A stretch of 64,000 bases of DNA from Tubiluchus corallicola (taxonomy: Eukaryota; Animalia; Priapulida), in NCBI GenBank assembly GCA_030141605.1, contig JAQGDQ010000518.1, positions 1-64,000 on the forward strand. Direction: 5' to 3'. Below the pieces are notes generated by a model. That model worked only from the letters and a program-made list of their open reading frames with translations, was not told where the DNA came from and made no database searches. The stretch's first letter is position 1. Every line of letters starts with the position of its first letter. This document shows, piece after piece, positions 38,185-52,024 of this stretch. A program made the translations under genes and the position numbers.

Positions 38185-41100
38185 GCTCGCTAATCTGAAC
38201 TCACCGTAACGAAGTCTGATTTTGCGCTTGTCTAGAGCTCTAATTCCTAGTAAAATTCTTTGTCATTTAGGTATTACTGTATCAAATAATCTTATGTTTA
38301 GCGAGCATTACCGTGAAATTGTTTTAAAGCAAATCGTGTAATAAACATGATCTTTCGTTGTTTTCAATTTACGACAGATAGAGACATTTTACTAGTGAAC
38401 GTAATGAATATAAGAGCATTAAGTCTTATGTTCGCCCTATTGTGCAATATTGTACGCCAGTGTGGTGTCCCATCTAATGCGAGATACCGACATTATTGAA
38501 AATGTGCAAAGATATTTTACGCTAAGTATAGTTTTACTGCTGTGTCTTACCATAACAGACTTTCAGTTTGGAATATTTTGTTATTAGAAGAGGGAAGAAT
38601 TCATTATGATCTAAAATGGGCTAAAATGTTATTCATAGGGAAAATGACTTTGATAGAAATGAATTTTTCCCTGCTTCTAGAATTTTTGGCGTCATTGTCA
38701 CAAACTTTGTGTAAATCGACTTGTATCGTCTGTAGCTCAACATTCGTTTGCCAATAGAATTGTTAGGTACTTGAATTCTCTTGTATGCTCATGTAAACGG
38801 GTCTCCACTGGTAAATGCCGCCTCCAGTCAGTTATTTAGTCAAAGATTGATGAAAATTGGCTTTTCGAAACATTTGTATTTCTACAGAAACACAAGTAGT
38901 ATTTTTAATCTTTATGTATCTCCCATATCCATTTTAACGTGTCTTGTTTATTATTGTACATATTTTATTGTTTTATGCATTTTAATTTTATTGTATGCAT
39001 GGATACCTTAATAAATAAAACAAAAACCTCAATGGACGCGCTTTCAAATTTTCGAAATCTGTCTGTAAGAATTAGAAGCGTCCGCGATTTTCAACATCTA
39101 CGAAGAAAGTTTATCAAAAGACTATCAAGATTAATCTTTAAAGCAGATTTTTCTTAAAGAGGAACTGAATATGAAAATATCAAAAGACATTATTTACATG
39201 CACAACATGGTATTAAACAGAAAACCACAGCTTTATCCAAGTCAGCTTTTATGTGTGGCTGAAGAAAACAAGAAAACACAAAGTGCTGTCATGCTCGTTA
39301 AATGAGTACTGTCTGACGTAATGAGTACTGTTAATCCAATCATAGTAATCAGAATCATCATCGTCATCATTACCACATCGTATATTGTCATCTTCACCAT
39401 CGTCATCAACATCTAGTAAAACAAATTGTCTCCTAACGTTTCTACCTTCCCAACTCTGCACCTCTCTGCGTCACTCTTATAACTTTACCTGAAGGCCTTA
39501 GTTGTATGACGTAATGTGTGCTGGCTTCCACCAATTTATTATTCCGGTACCAGAATCCTATCGCTTTAGGATAAGCTTCGGTCAAACACCGCAATGTGGC
39601 GTTGTGTCCGTCGATGACACCCACTAATTTGGAGGGTATTCGCATTTGAGGTGGAACTAAAGAAATGAAGCAATGAAGACGTTACTACAGAATAGTGTAG
39701 TGTATACTATAGTGCAAACGGGATCTTGCTCCTGGTTGAACTCTGGTTGCAGGGGCAAGATGTTCACGTAATTTATAGCATTGTTAATGATATACCACGC
39801 TGTGTTACTGGTCAGGGTATTACTCATAGCTTTCAAGCATATAAAAATACTGTACGCTGCATTGCATTAACACGTACAACAGTATAGTCAATATGCAAAC
39901 TACTACGTATGTGATTTTTATAGGACGTAATGTAGCACATTGCTTTGCATTGATAACTTGAAATTCTATTAGCTATTGGGTTTTTTCTCTGCAGTATTGC
40001 ACAATTATCCGTTACCGTCCCTCGTTTCCTTCCCGTTTTTAATCTTTTTTTCACAGGTGGCCCTATCGCCACGCCGCTATTTAAAACTTGAAGCTAAAGG
40101 TTTATGTTAAAAGAACAATTTTTAAAACAAAAACTGCACACGGTCTAATTTTTGCATTGCAAATAGCAGCTACGTAAGCCTAAACAGTCTTCTGTCATCT
40201 AAGCCAAGTCAAATTCTCAAGTCTACAGCATAGACCTTTTTTGAACTTGCAACTTACAGTAGTAATTCTACGTTTTAAACTAAGTTTTGCAATTACTCAA
40301 ACACATTGCGACTAGTTATCTCGTAGATAACTAACATAGTCCGAAGAGCCTAACATAATCCGAAGAGTCTAGCATAGTCCGAAGAGTCTAACATAATCCG
40401 AAGAGTCTAGCATAGCACGAAGAGTCTAGCATAGTCCGAAGAGTCTAACATAATCCGAAGAGTCTAACATAGTCCGAAGAGTCTAGCATAGTCCGAAAAG
40501 TCTAGCATAGTCAGAAGAGTCTAGCATAGTCCGAAGAGTCTAGCATAGTCCGAAGAGTCTAGCATACTCCGAGGAGTCTAACATAGTCTGAAGAGTCTAG
40601 CATACTCCGAGGAGTCTAACATAATCCGAAGAGTCTAACATAGTCTGAAGAGTCTAGCATAGTCTGAAGAGTCTAGCATAGCCCGGAGAGTCTAGCATAG
40701 TTCGGAGAGTGTAGCATAGTCCGGAGAGTCTAGCATAGTCCGGACAGTCTAGCATAGTGCGAAGAGTCTAACATAGTCTGAAGAGTCTAGCATAGTCTGA
40801 AGAGTCTAGCATAGTCCGGAGAGTCTAGCGTAGTCCGGAGAGTGTAGCATAGTCCGAAGAGTCTAGCATAGTCCGGAGAGTCTAGCATAGTCTATAGTCT
40901 GAAGAGTCTAGCATAGTCCGGAGAGTCTAATATAGTCCGAAGAGGCTAACATAGTCTGAAGAGTCTAGCATAGTCTGAAGAGTCTAGCATAGTCCGAAGA
41001 GTCTAACATAGTCCGAAGAGTCTAGCATAGTCCGGAGAGTCTAGCATAGTCTGAAGAGTCTAGCATAGTCCGAAGAGTCTAGCATAGTCTGCAGAGTCTA

Positions 41101-44100
41101 GCATAGTCCGAAGAGTCTAACATTGTCCGAAGAGCCTAGCATAGTCCGAAGAGTCTAACATAGTCCGAAGAGTCTAGCATAGTCCGGAGAGTCTAGCATA
41201 GTGCGAAGAGTTTAACATAGTCTGAAGAGTCTAGCATCGTCTGAAGAGTCTATCATAGTCTGAAGAGTCTAATATAATCTTATTAATATAAGATTGGTTC
41301 TATACAGCGCTTTCTACATTATGTTCCGAGTTTCAACCAGTAATGTAATATGCCCTTAGTAATCATTGTTTGCATTATGATTTTGATACGTACATGAAAC
41401 ATGTACATCGATCGTTCTGCTGACAGAAGGAGGAACGCCATTAGAAGCCACGCATTGATAAGAAGCCATGTCAGACTTTGTTACACGTAGCAGGTGAATC
41501 TCCTTCCCGTGGGCTGTTACTGCTGAAAAGCACAATCAAACAACAGATAATACAAGCCGCATAATTTAAAATTAAACTAGATTATTATTTGCTAAAATTA
41601 AAACAAATTTGCCGTTCTCTTTTTATCGGTTTCTTTTTTCTATTGTTAAGCCTTCATCAGGCCTTATTGAAGCACTTTCTGCTTTCGATTAAACTATTTA
41701 ACAATCTTAATTCCAGTCGACACGCATGACTGGACATCTACTGATGGAAATCACAACTAAGCACTCGTCAAAGGAATGATAGAAGTATTTTAGATTTGTG
41801 AGATTTTTACTAACGGGAAATTGTGATGTTTGTCGAGGACTTCGCTTTTCGAGTAAAAGTGTTTATTTTCGGTTGCGTCGATCTGCCTTAGTAAACCTGT
41901 TTTCATAGTATGCATTTAACTCTACATAAGCCAAGTTCGGATTCATTCCAGTTACTTGAATATAGGCTTCCTTCTCAGAAGATATATATAGTTGTAATCT
42001 TGCAACTTCTTTTTAGCTAGCTTTGGGTGACATAACATTGCGTTATTGCACTCAGCTGAATCCTTATCGAGGATAATCCGTAGCCACTTATCGGTATGTA
42101 GTCGTTATATTTTTGTATTTTGTAATGTTTATGTAAATTGTTTCACTCGTGCTCATTTTGACGAATTCGTTAACTTAATGTGGCCAATGGCTCTTACGTA
42201 TCTATTTTTGCTCTATTTTTCTTTCTGTTGAAACGTAGCGTTTAGCTGTATTTAATCACATTGCCATTATCATGTAATCGTTCTAATCCTTGTACATATC
42301 ACTTGTGAAATGTTTGTAATGTAGTAATACCTATGCGCATATTTCAACTTTATCGTTCTTGTTTTCTATAAACGGAATTTCGATATTAACAAACTTTATT
42401 CTAATCATTTTGCACCTCGCGAAATGTGGACTTAAAATTTAAAACACCAGGGTTTTCAGTTGCCCAATAATTGTTTACCACCTTTATGTGAAGAGCTAAA
42501 AGATTAAAAGTTCCAAAATATTTACAAAAACAAACCTAATCCGGTCTAGCACAATAATTTTTTTATTTTTTAAGCCGCGTTGGCTGCAATGTTTTCCTTA
42601 AAACCTCGTAGCTGAACGCAAGCATCTATGTTGTACGATTGACAATTTCAACGCGAAGTCCACTAAGTAATAGCTGTGGAGCCCTGTTAGCTTTCAGTGT
42701 TTCATAAAGATTCGTTATGGTATAATATAGTCGAATGCGTGCCATTATTGACGCCCATTTGAGTAAGATCTGATGTTGAGTGTTATATCTCGACTTGCAC
42801 ATTGTCAAACTGTATAAAACAAACTCCTGTCGAGGTCTTTCTTGGCCTTCGCAAACTTATTAAGACCTCTACAGATAAACTTCACTAGCTGCCATGTGAT
42901 TAACATGTACAGTGAAGAAAAAAAGTTGAACTTTGCCAACACTTGTTAACATTACAATATCTACGTACATTCTAATTTGACACTGACTGTTACTTAGCCG
43001 TACATGCAGTTGCTATTACGAGGATTCAACATTATTCTAGAAATATTAGCTTAGGTGTTTTTTTATTATTAGCACAGTCATAATGGACTATTAGCAAGAC
43101 TCATCAGAGCAGCTAATAAGTTGTACGTACCAGGCTCAGCAATACTCATAACTTTTCCATCTGTACGAGACCAGCGTATTGCTGGAACAGGTCTACCAGT
43201 TGTATCACATCTTAATGTTACATTCATTCCTTCTCTAGCCTGTATATCTGTCTCTAGAGTTGTGGTGGCAACAAATCTAGGTGGCTCTGGGAAAAAGCAA
43301 TACTATATATGTTTATTTATAGAAATGCAAATAAATTTGTTGCGAAAATGTTTTCAAGAACAGCATGCTTCTGCTACACATCAACAGTGCCAATTTTAAC
43401 AGTTTTTGACAATCATCATATTTCTGAAGTTCTGCTTTTTTTCTTTTGTTATTAAAAGGAATATAATTGTAGACTTCGTTCGGCATAAAGGAGACACATT
43501 TCTGTACTTATTTGCACGTTACACAAGGAGTGTTCAACCACCAAAACACTGTTAGAAATAGCTAAAAAACATAAGAGTATTTCACCAATTTAGCTTAAAT
43601 TTAGTGCACAACTGTCCAGCAATATTCTACTCACTCTGTCAATTTTCAATGGAAAGAGAGAGAATACGTTCACAACTGCACAAGAAAAACGAAATTTACT
43701 GTAATTGTGTGAAATTAAACATGTGGAGAGAGAAAAGAAACATGGTTTACCTAGGACTTCTAGAGATCCCATTATGCTTCGCATAGGATCTGTGTTAATC
43801 TGGCATAAGTAAGTGCCGGTATCTGACGGTTTCGTATCTTTTATGTGAAGAAAGAACATGTCTCTGTTCTGTGAACTGACACTGATCCTTGGATCTGGAC
43901 TAATGACTTTATTCATGAGTGCTAGAAGTATACCGGTTTCAACGCGCATCCAGGCTATCTGTGAAAAAAACGCCAAATTTTATTGACGTTTGTTGTAACA
44001 TATAAATAAAGAAAACGAAACAAATGAAACAAGCAAATCAACAGGAGGAAGAAAGAGAGAGAGAGAGAGAGAGAGAGTGTGTGTGTGTGCGTGTGTGTGT

Positions 44101-44151
44101 GTGTGTGTGTGCGTGTGCGTGCGTGCGTGCGTGTGTGCGTGTGTTTGTGCG

Positions 44152-44234
<83 letters not shown>

Positions 44235-47200
44235 CAGAGAGAGAGAGAGAAGAGGGAGAGGAGAGAGAAAGATAGGGAGAAGAAAGCAAGAGAGGTAGGG
44301 ATAGAAACAGATAAAATAGAGAGAATGAGAGAGAGAGAGAAGAGGCGGAGGAGAGAAAAAGATAGGGAGGAAAAAGCAAGAGAGATAGGGATAGAAATAG
44401 ATAAATAGGGAGAATGAGAGAGAGAGAGAGAGAGAAGAGGAGGAGGAGGAGGAGAGAAAAAGATAGGGAGAGATAAAACAAGAGAGATAGGGATGGAAAT
44501 AGATGAATAGAAAGAATGAGAGTGAGAGAGAAAGATTAAAATGAGCTAGAAGTAATAAAAGGAAAGAAAGAAGGAAGAGAAAGAAAGTGAAAAAAGGGTG
44601 AGAACTGGAAAGAGAGGGACTAGAATGTGATAGAGTGGACGGAATACCGATTACAGAATTTCTTACGGAATATTACCGTAAGAAAAAGTGAATTTAAAAC
44701 TTTAACGTGATTCTGGTACAATCAAGGTAGTAGCAGCTTCAAATAAACTTACTTTCATCCAGAGATGAAGCTGATATCGTTTCCAAATTATTTTGAATTA
44801 AAAATCACACAATTAATATCATTCGTTGGAACTAAAAATTTCCCATAATTTTAAATCATTGTTACTTTTCGTGTCGGCAAGACTTAAGTTGCGTTTTAAA
44901 TTATTTTATTCGCGGTCTGAACTTCAACGATCCATGCTGCTAATTTCCAGTTTGTTGGATACCAGAGCTGCTTTGCCTGACATTTGTCACTGTGGCAAGA
45001 CACTTAGACTGGACACGCCAGCACATTTCAGAAACGAGTCTTGCATAACCGTTACATTTTGATGTCCATCATAACCTGTGATGCCAAGTTATCCAATACT
45101 TATCACGCTGAAATCTTTTAAAATCGAAATTTTTCTTGCATGATCTTGGATGAAGCCAAGGGCGCTAGTTCTTACAGCCATTTATATGAGAAAGCTATTA
45201 AAATGCACTCTGTCATCGACATGGGTTTGAAGTAACAACGCGGATTTAAGAGAATAAATTATGCTTAACATGACAGACATTGTGCTTAACTTAAGCAGAG
45301 ATTGTGAGTTCGAAATATATTATTATAAGAAATCACGATTTAAAATGGCTATAAACTAAATTAGTGATGCTAAAATAATAAAATAAGCTTAATAAAATTC
45401 TCGTTTATCAGGCAATATTGGTGGAGTTAATCTACGTATAACTGACTTAGTAATAATTTATATATAAATGACTGTCACATCTAATGACTCACAGCTGCGC
45501 AAGTGTACGTGTAACATACAAAAATGTAATAAATAATAATGATATACTGTACACTAACTGCAAAGTTGTAAACAACATTAGATAAGAACAACGATTTTAC
45601 ATACAGAGCAAACTTTGTAATTGCAAATTTTAAGTATCTACCACCAGACGTAAAATCATTGCTGTGCATCACATATTGCCAGAATTCTCAAACATGGAAA
45701 TTATTTGTGATAATATTACAAAAATTAATACTGCATGAAACGTTGTTGTGAGGTACCTGTAGGGCTTGCTTTACAGATCTCATCGTTATATTTTTCCCTT
45801 CGTCTGTAATGTGCTGACATCTGTTAATCAATTTGAAAGGCGATTCATTAAATTTCATTAAATTTTCATTAAATGCAGTCATAAGATTTCTTGCAAACCA
45901 GGCAAAGTTCGCGGCCCAGTCACAATAATTTAATTTAAAATCTATCTGCATAAAGCATAATTTGCAGCGCATCCTTGATCACCAAGATATAGAATTTTCT
46001 AAGTTTATTTTATTGATCGGTAATTTATCGAAAATTGTCATAGATGATCAGTTATGCATTGTAAATTTTATTTTAGACATTATATAGGCTATCGATTCCC
46101 AAATATATAAACTCACATTCTTGCGAAGAGAAGCTTTATACAATTTGTTAGCATAGGTAGATATAACTCTTTTTTAAATATATGAATAGAATGTATAAAT
46201 GTATCGATTTTTTTATTCGTATTTACTTATATGTACTTGTGGCACTTGCACATATCTTCAACACTTCTTTGTGTATTTAATTTATTGTATGTCTGCTGTT
46301 TTTTCATATCTCTGCGTATCTTTACATTAACTTTATACTGTACAGTCTTTTTTTATTGTATTGACTTATATTGCAAACACCTAGTATGATAACGGTAAGC
46401 ATAATTATTAAAGCCGTCGGTAATACCTGTTCACAGATTTGAAGCCACGAAAAGCGGGGACCAACTGCCATGGAGGTAAAAAGTAACAGTCTTGAATGTC
46501 TACGTTACACTTAGATTCAGCTGATGACATGTCTACACTACACTACACTACCCTACCCTACCCTACCCTACCCTACCCTACCCTACCCTACCCTACCCTA
46601 CCCTACCCTACCCTACCCTACCCTACCCTACCCTACCCTACCCTACCCTACCCTACCCTACGCTACGCTACGCTACGCTACACTGCGCTGCGCTACACTA
46701 CACTACACTACACTACACTACACTACACTACACTACACTACACTACACTACACTACACTACACTACACTACACTACACTACACTACACTACACTACACTA
46801 CACTACGCTACGCTACGCTACACTACACTACACTACGCTACACTACCCTACGCTACACTACACTACACTGCACTACACTACACACTACACTACACTACAC
46901 TCTGCTCCATTCCGCTATGCTACATCACACTCCGCTACGCTACGCTACCCTACGCTACACTACACTACACTACATTACACTTAAGGACCTCTATAACTAC
47001 TATACTACAGTACGTTGAAAATTGTAAGGATTTTGTGTACGTACTGCTCTATATTGAGAACCTGTGAGCGCTCAAGGAAAACCGCATCATGAACACGAGG
47101 AAACATAAGCGTAACACCGAATAAAAATATTTATTTTACTCAACTAATAAATAAAAAACCAGTTTTAACATCCAGGATATGTAAGCTTAACAAAGAATAA

Positions 47201-49295
47201 AATACCCGCCTATTAAATGGTCACAGACCTCTATAACTAAACGTGACTTGTAACAAAATGATTCACTAAACGTCAATTTCAAATAATAATTTTGCATTTG
47301 CTTAGATGGTCCTAATTAGCAAATATGAATAGCATTGCATGGTACATGTATTCATGAACTAAAACGATTTTTAAATAAAAACACAAAATGCACTATCGAT
47401 CTTCACCTTTTTATGATGTTTTTAAAATGGCAAAGAACTTTGTGCATTTTTTCAGTTGTACAGGTAAAACCTTCTTAGTTCCTTACTTTTTTCTTACCCA
47501 CGTACATCTGAAGTAAAGATAGGTTTTTGCTGGTCTACAATTACAAAAATCAAGAATAATTATTAAAGTTTATCAAGAATGATAGAAGAAGATTATCAAG
47601 AATGATAACATTAATTTTTCAATGATAACGTTGTAGGAAGACAGGATGATTTTTCATATGTACTACACATGTTCCAATTTGATAAAATTATACATTTTAA
47701 AATAATTAATACTGCAAAGCGTTTCTGATAATATAATAATAGATTAAAAACTTAATTAACAGCGAGCAAGCCCAACTATTGATGACATCACAAACTAACA
47801 TAATTTTTAACAACAAAAATATTCCACGCACGTGTTTGCGAAAGCAAAAATTGAAGTACAGTGCCACTGTAAGAGATTCAGTGTGCTGTAATAAAACTAG
47901 GCAAGTTTTAAGATAAAAATTCAAATTTCAAATTTATGCTGTGCTCACGCATGAGCTGTCGAACGTGTGTAGTTCGTCACAAACTGACACATCTGTACTG
48001 AGAGGTACAGCACACGTTTTTTCTGCAATGCATTTCCGAGATGCAAACGCTAATGCCCGTCTGACTAGCGAATGGCGAAATGCGTGTAACAGCCTAAACT
48101 AGTGGCGCGAACGTGAAATTGTGTTTGTGTGGTAATAAATGTGGTTCTTTCACGTAAGTCATTTTTGAAAAAAATAGTAGGTTTTTAATATTTTAAAGAG
48201 TCGGTTGTTTTGACCTAACAGTTTAAGATTGCGTCCGATTTTGCTTTAATATCATTCGGAAGCTCAAATCAAATTTACCCATTTAGTTTATAAGAAAGTC
48301 ACCTAATATTGTTGTTTTAGTGAAAATAGTGGTCGAGGATATCAGAGAAATGTTTTATGGCCTACCAAATTTTTAGAATATAGCGAATCTGAATACTCAA
48401 TTCTTAATTGTGAACATACTGTACTGAGTAACTCATTTGATCTAAGACTGTAGATGCATTAATTAACGCAGTTAAGGCCCATGCTGCCTGAGTAACTCAT
48501 TTGATCTAAGACTGTAGATGCATTAATTAACGCAGTTAAGGCCCATGCTGCCTGAGTAACTCATTTGATCTAAGACTGTAGATGCGTTAATTAACGCAGT
48601 TAAAGCCCATGCCGCCTGAGTAACTCATTCGATCTAAGACTGTAGATGCGTTAATTAACGCAGTTAAAGCCCATGCCGCCTGAGTAACTCATTTGATCTA
48701 AGACTGTAGATGCGTTAATTAACGCAGTTAAGGCCCATGCTGCCTGAGTAACTCATTTGATCTAAGACTGTAGATGCGTTAATTGACGTAGTTAAGGCCC
48801 ATGCGGCCTGAGTAACTCATTTGATCTAAGACTGTAGATGCATTAATTAACGTAGTTAAAGCCCAAGCTGCCTGAGTAACTCATTTGATTTAAGACTGTA
48901 GATGCGTTAATTGACACAGTTAAGGCTCGTGCTGCCTGAGTAACTCATTTGATCTACGACTCTAGATGCATTAATTGACACAGTTAAGGCCCATGTTGCC
49001 TAAGTAAATCACTTCATGTACGACTGTAGATGCGTTAGCTATCTCAATTTACGCCCATGTTGCCAATGTAGGTGCAAATGCATGGAACGTAATCCCAGAT
49101 GATATTCTCATTGCAAATACTTGGAGTTGTCCACCAAAATGGCGCCTTAGATGCGCCTTAGTGATCAACTTACCTGATACTGTGGCTGTAGATGTGTTAA
49201 CGTGCATTTCAGTGTGGCTGTTTGTCCTTGTACAACCTTTACTGACTGCAGTGGTGCTGAGAATTCAGGCAGCGGGAGGTCTTCCACTTTACGCA
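31104..49295 (-). CDS. Lachesin/DIP/IgLON-family cell adhesion protein: 3 Ig domains, long S/T/P-rich stalk, probable GPI signal; N-terminal exon unresolved
   Basis: Exons: 49174-49295 ([22 protein letters not shown]), 43751-43958 ([19 protein letters not shown]), 43131-43286 ([18 protein letters not shown]), 41394-41522 ([14 protein letters not shown]), 39489-39656 ([15 protein letters not shown]), 37778-37897 ([14 protein letters not shown]), 36627-36680, 35206-35280, 34549-34698, 32616-32714, 31104-31222 (hydrophobic tail, TAG). Phases are all consistent. [15 protein letters not shown] and EAYP are typical DIP/lachesin motifs. Confidence 0.9.
33797..34207. mobile_element. Internally deleted copy of the TTAA element at 12947-13678
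   Basis: Shares cacagacataa..aatcatgctatttgtttaaa and gtgatcgtacacactaatttattgat. Right end is tcctgaaggag|ttaa. Confidence 0.75.
37510..37652. repeat. (TACACA)n microsatellite
   Basis: Directly visible. Confidence 0.9.
38400..39020 (+). mobile_element. Decayed 3' fragment of a non-LTR retrotransposon (CR1/L2-like)
   Basis: Translates with frameshifts to [28 protein letters not shown], typical of the post-RT region. It ends in aataaataaa at about 39010-39019. Confidence 0.7.
40331..41272. repeat. 19-bp minisatellite, about 49 copies, intronic
   Basis: Unit catagtccgaagagtcta(g/a) with recurrent variants. Confidence 0.95.
44045..44535. repeat. Compound (GA)n/(GT)n/(GCGT)n microsatellite plus degenerate purine-rich repeats
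   Basis: Directly visible. Confidence 0.9.
46532..46980. repeat. Pentanucleotide microsatellite mosaic (CTACC)n/(CTACG)n/(CTACA)n
   Basis: Directly visible; the 5-bp phase is kept across blocks. Confidence 0.95.
48424..49063. repeat. 64-bp tandem repeat, about 10 copies
   Basis: Unit ctgagtaactcatttgatctaagactgtagatgc(a/g)ttaattaacgcagttaaggcccatgctgc starts at 48424, 48488, 48552 and so on, and decays rightwards. Confidence 0.95.
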
Positions 49296-50644
49296 CTGGA
49301 AAAGACGATAACACCTTGGTGATATAAACAGCAAAACAATTTAAAATTTTGAAGATTTTACAGAAATTGTGATTACAGATGTTGCAGCTACAATAGCTGA
49401 GTGGTCATGACATGTGCCTAGTTGCGCAATTAGGCAGCACCAAACCGCGTCAGTAAATGGATGGGCTTCTGCTTTGAGTGGCTTCATATGTCGAACTCAT
49501 CTTCTAAGATTATTCTTGGTAACCATATGAGTTTTTGTCTGTTACAACATTCACATTAAGTAAGCATTGTCACCGACTGCTGAATCAACTTGCTCAACTT
49601 GCAGATTCCCAAAATTTATAACAAAAACACCCGAGTTTGCAAATTTTACTGTAACAAGTTGACCATCAAATTGAAATATAATGTTCTATATTCGTGTGTG
49701 ACACTTTGGAAGATTTTGGAAGATTTGTAGAATTGAAAAGTAGCTCGTGGCAAAGTGCGTACTCTTACAAAACCTCTTCGTCAATTAAGAGGCGAGGTTT
49801 GCGTTTTATCCTTAGCAGAAAAAATATTTCTCCTTTAAGGCTTATAATTAGCAGAAAAGCTTCACTGTTGACGAGGTTTTCTGAGCAATATAATGATGGT
49901 TGTACAAAGTGAAAGCATTTCTTACAATGAAATATCAGCCTCCTTAGTATAACATTCTCTGTGGGGGATTCAAACAAAAAGCTGTACCAGTGAACGTGCA
50001 ATATAGACTAACTGATTATGAAGGATCAAAGAGAATTTCAAATTACGTGCAAGGATCAGGTGTTTTTCAGGCGTTGGGCTCATTAATCCTTGTGAATGAC
50101 GTGCCCAAAGGGTTAAAACAAGACCTCTCGATTGAACGTTATTGTTCACACCTGCCACACGATCACAAGAAATCATAAGAATTATAGATGGCCACTACGG
50201 TAGAAGTTAGCAAGAAAGATCGAAAACTGTATAATTGTTTCATTGGAAAGTCCTGTTATACTGACTGGTTTCTGCCTGCAAAGCGTGATACTAACCAGTA
50301 GTACGGTACGTTAACGTTTCCTTAATGTGTCCTGCTCATTGAAATAAATAGGACACATTTGTTACCAAAGGAGGGAACATCCATTTCCTGGGAAGACAGA
50401 CATGGAATAATCTAAAGGATTGTGACTATGCGACGCTCCCTGTACCCATCTTGGACCCATCTGGTGCACAACCTTGGCAATTAGCTCCTGGGAGCCTACA
50501 GGAGGCCAATAAACATAACTGTACCTATGAAAAGTGCAATCTTCCGAAGCATGAATCAACCATACAGGTGCAAATATCAAAAAATTTAAGCCAAGGTAGG
50601 CACTAAGCATTAAAGCAGATTCAGCGACAAAAGAAGATGGCGAA

Positions 50645-51512
50645 TATTGTTTTAGAAAGGTGTCGTGTCTTGAAAATCCCTCATATTTTCCTATTGGGCA
50701 TTTTAAGGTATTCAGGGTTCGGATCAAAGACATGCCTCAGCATAAACTTATAATTACACAAAAAGAGCATTTTATGGGGCTGAATGTGAGTCTAACACTA
50801 GTTTCTTAATAGACGAACCCAATAGGCAACCCATTTAAAAAATTTTGGACAAAAGTAGCTACAAGTCATTGTATTAAGTGTGTAGATATAAAAATTGCAG
50901 GAAAGGTGTATTTTACAATGTTGAATTCAATGCAAATTCAAGCATTGTTTTTCTGTACGTATACAGCTGCTGGGCAATGTATTTTAGGAAAAGTTGAAAA
51001 ATACCTTTCAATTCCTGCAATTTTTATATTTAAACAGTTAATATCAAGGCATAGCTTCCGGAACCCAAAAAGCCGTAAAATGGGTTGCCTAGACGACTAT
51101 GTCTTTCCTTACAGAAAAACTATGCTTGTATTTGTATTCAGCACTATAATTTTTCTTGTAACTTTTATATTTTGCCAAAAAATTCTATACTTGTTGTCCC
51201 GGAAGCTTGGTCCGATCATAAAAAAAAGCTATTGCTAGATTCGCATTCAGCGCCACAAAATAGCCATTTCCTGGAAACTGAGGTTTAAATAGTCAAAATT
51301 CTATACTTGTTGTCCCGGAAGCTTGGTCCGATCATAAAAAAAGCTATTGCTAGATTCGCATTCAGCGCCACAAAATAGCCATTTCCTGGAAACTGAGGTT
51401 TAAATAGTCAATACTGTGGCATGTCTTTGACCCGAACCTAGAATATCCTAAAATGTCTGAGGGAGAAAATATGAAAGATTTTCGAGAAATTACACCTTTC
51501 TGAAAAAATCTC
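50645..51512. mobile_element. Element with long imperfect inverted ends and an internal tandem duplication of about 116 bp
   Basis: Left end ...ggttcggatcaaagacatgcc (to 50736) pairs with right end ggcatgtctttgacccgaacc (from 51418), with similarity over about 90 bp. The duplication spans about 51177-51411. Confidence 0.65.
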
Positions 51513-51544
51513 CATGTTTTTTTGTTCTACAAATAACTGCGGCA

Positions 51545-51755
51545 GCGATTAGCGTCAACAACAGCAGCTATAGGAACAATAATAACAGCAACAGCACAAC
51601 AGCAATGGCGCAACAACAAAAGCAACAGCGACATCAAAATTAAAAGCAACAGCAAGAATAACATTAAGATTAACAACAACAGCAATTGCCACAGCAGCAG
51701 CAGGCACAGCGGCGGCGGTGACGACGGCAGCATGAGCAGTAACAACAATAACACC
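51545..51755. repeat. Degenerate (CAA/CAG)n trinucleotide tract
   Basis: Directly visible; it yields poly-Leu and poly-Cys ORFs on the minus strand. Confidence 0.75.
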
Positions 51756-52024
51756 TCGAACACCTGAGCGGCCAGAAGCAAATTTGGATACAGTAATCAG
51801 CTATATTATAATTGTGAAAGTTATTTGTGAAGTTGAAATTGAACACTTGTAGAAAACAACTAAACACAAGATTACATGTTTGCACAAAACTAAACACTTT
51901 TATTACAATATATACACAGTAAAATGCACAAGTAAAATGAAGATCACAACTGCTGCACAGCACTGAGTGTGTGACAGAGAGACAGTGTGTCCCATGAGTT
52001 GCACGACTGCACTGCCTGAAACAG

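Noticed and set aside
44985-45075. Minus-strand [18 protein letters not shown] as an Ig exon
   Set aside because: It ends in a stop, lies in repeat-like sequence, and the true Ig1 first half is at 49174-49295.
48424-49063. CRISPR-like appearance of palindromic repeats (also at 40331-41272 and 10584-11879)
   Set aside because: Units are contiguous with no unique spacers, there are no cas genes, and the context is eukaryotic.
49480-50200. Protein-like minus-strand fragments (FGNLQVEQVDSAV, faintly macro-domain-like)
   Set aside because: Short, interrupted by stops and without splice support; cannot be assigned without a database search.
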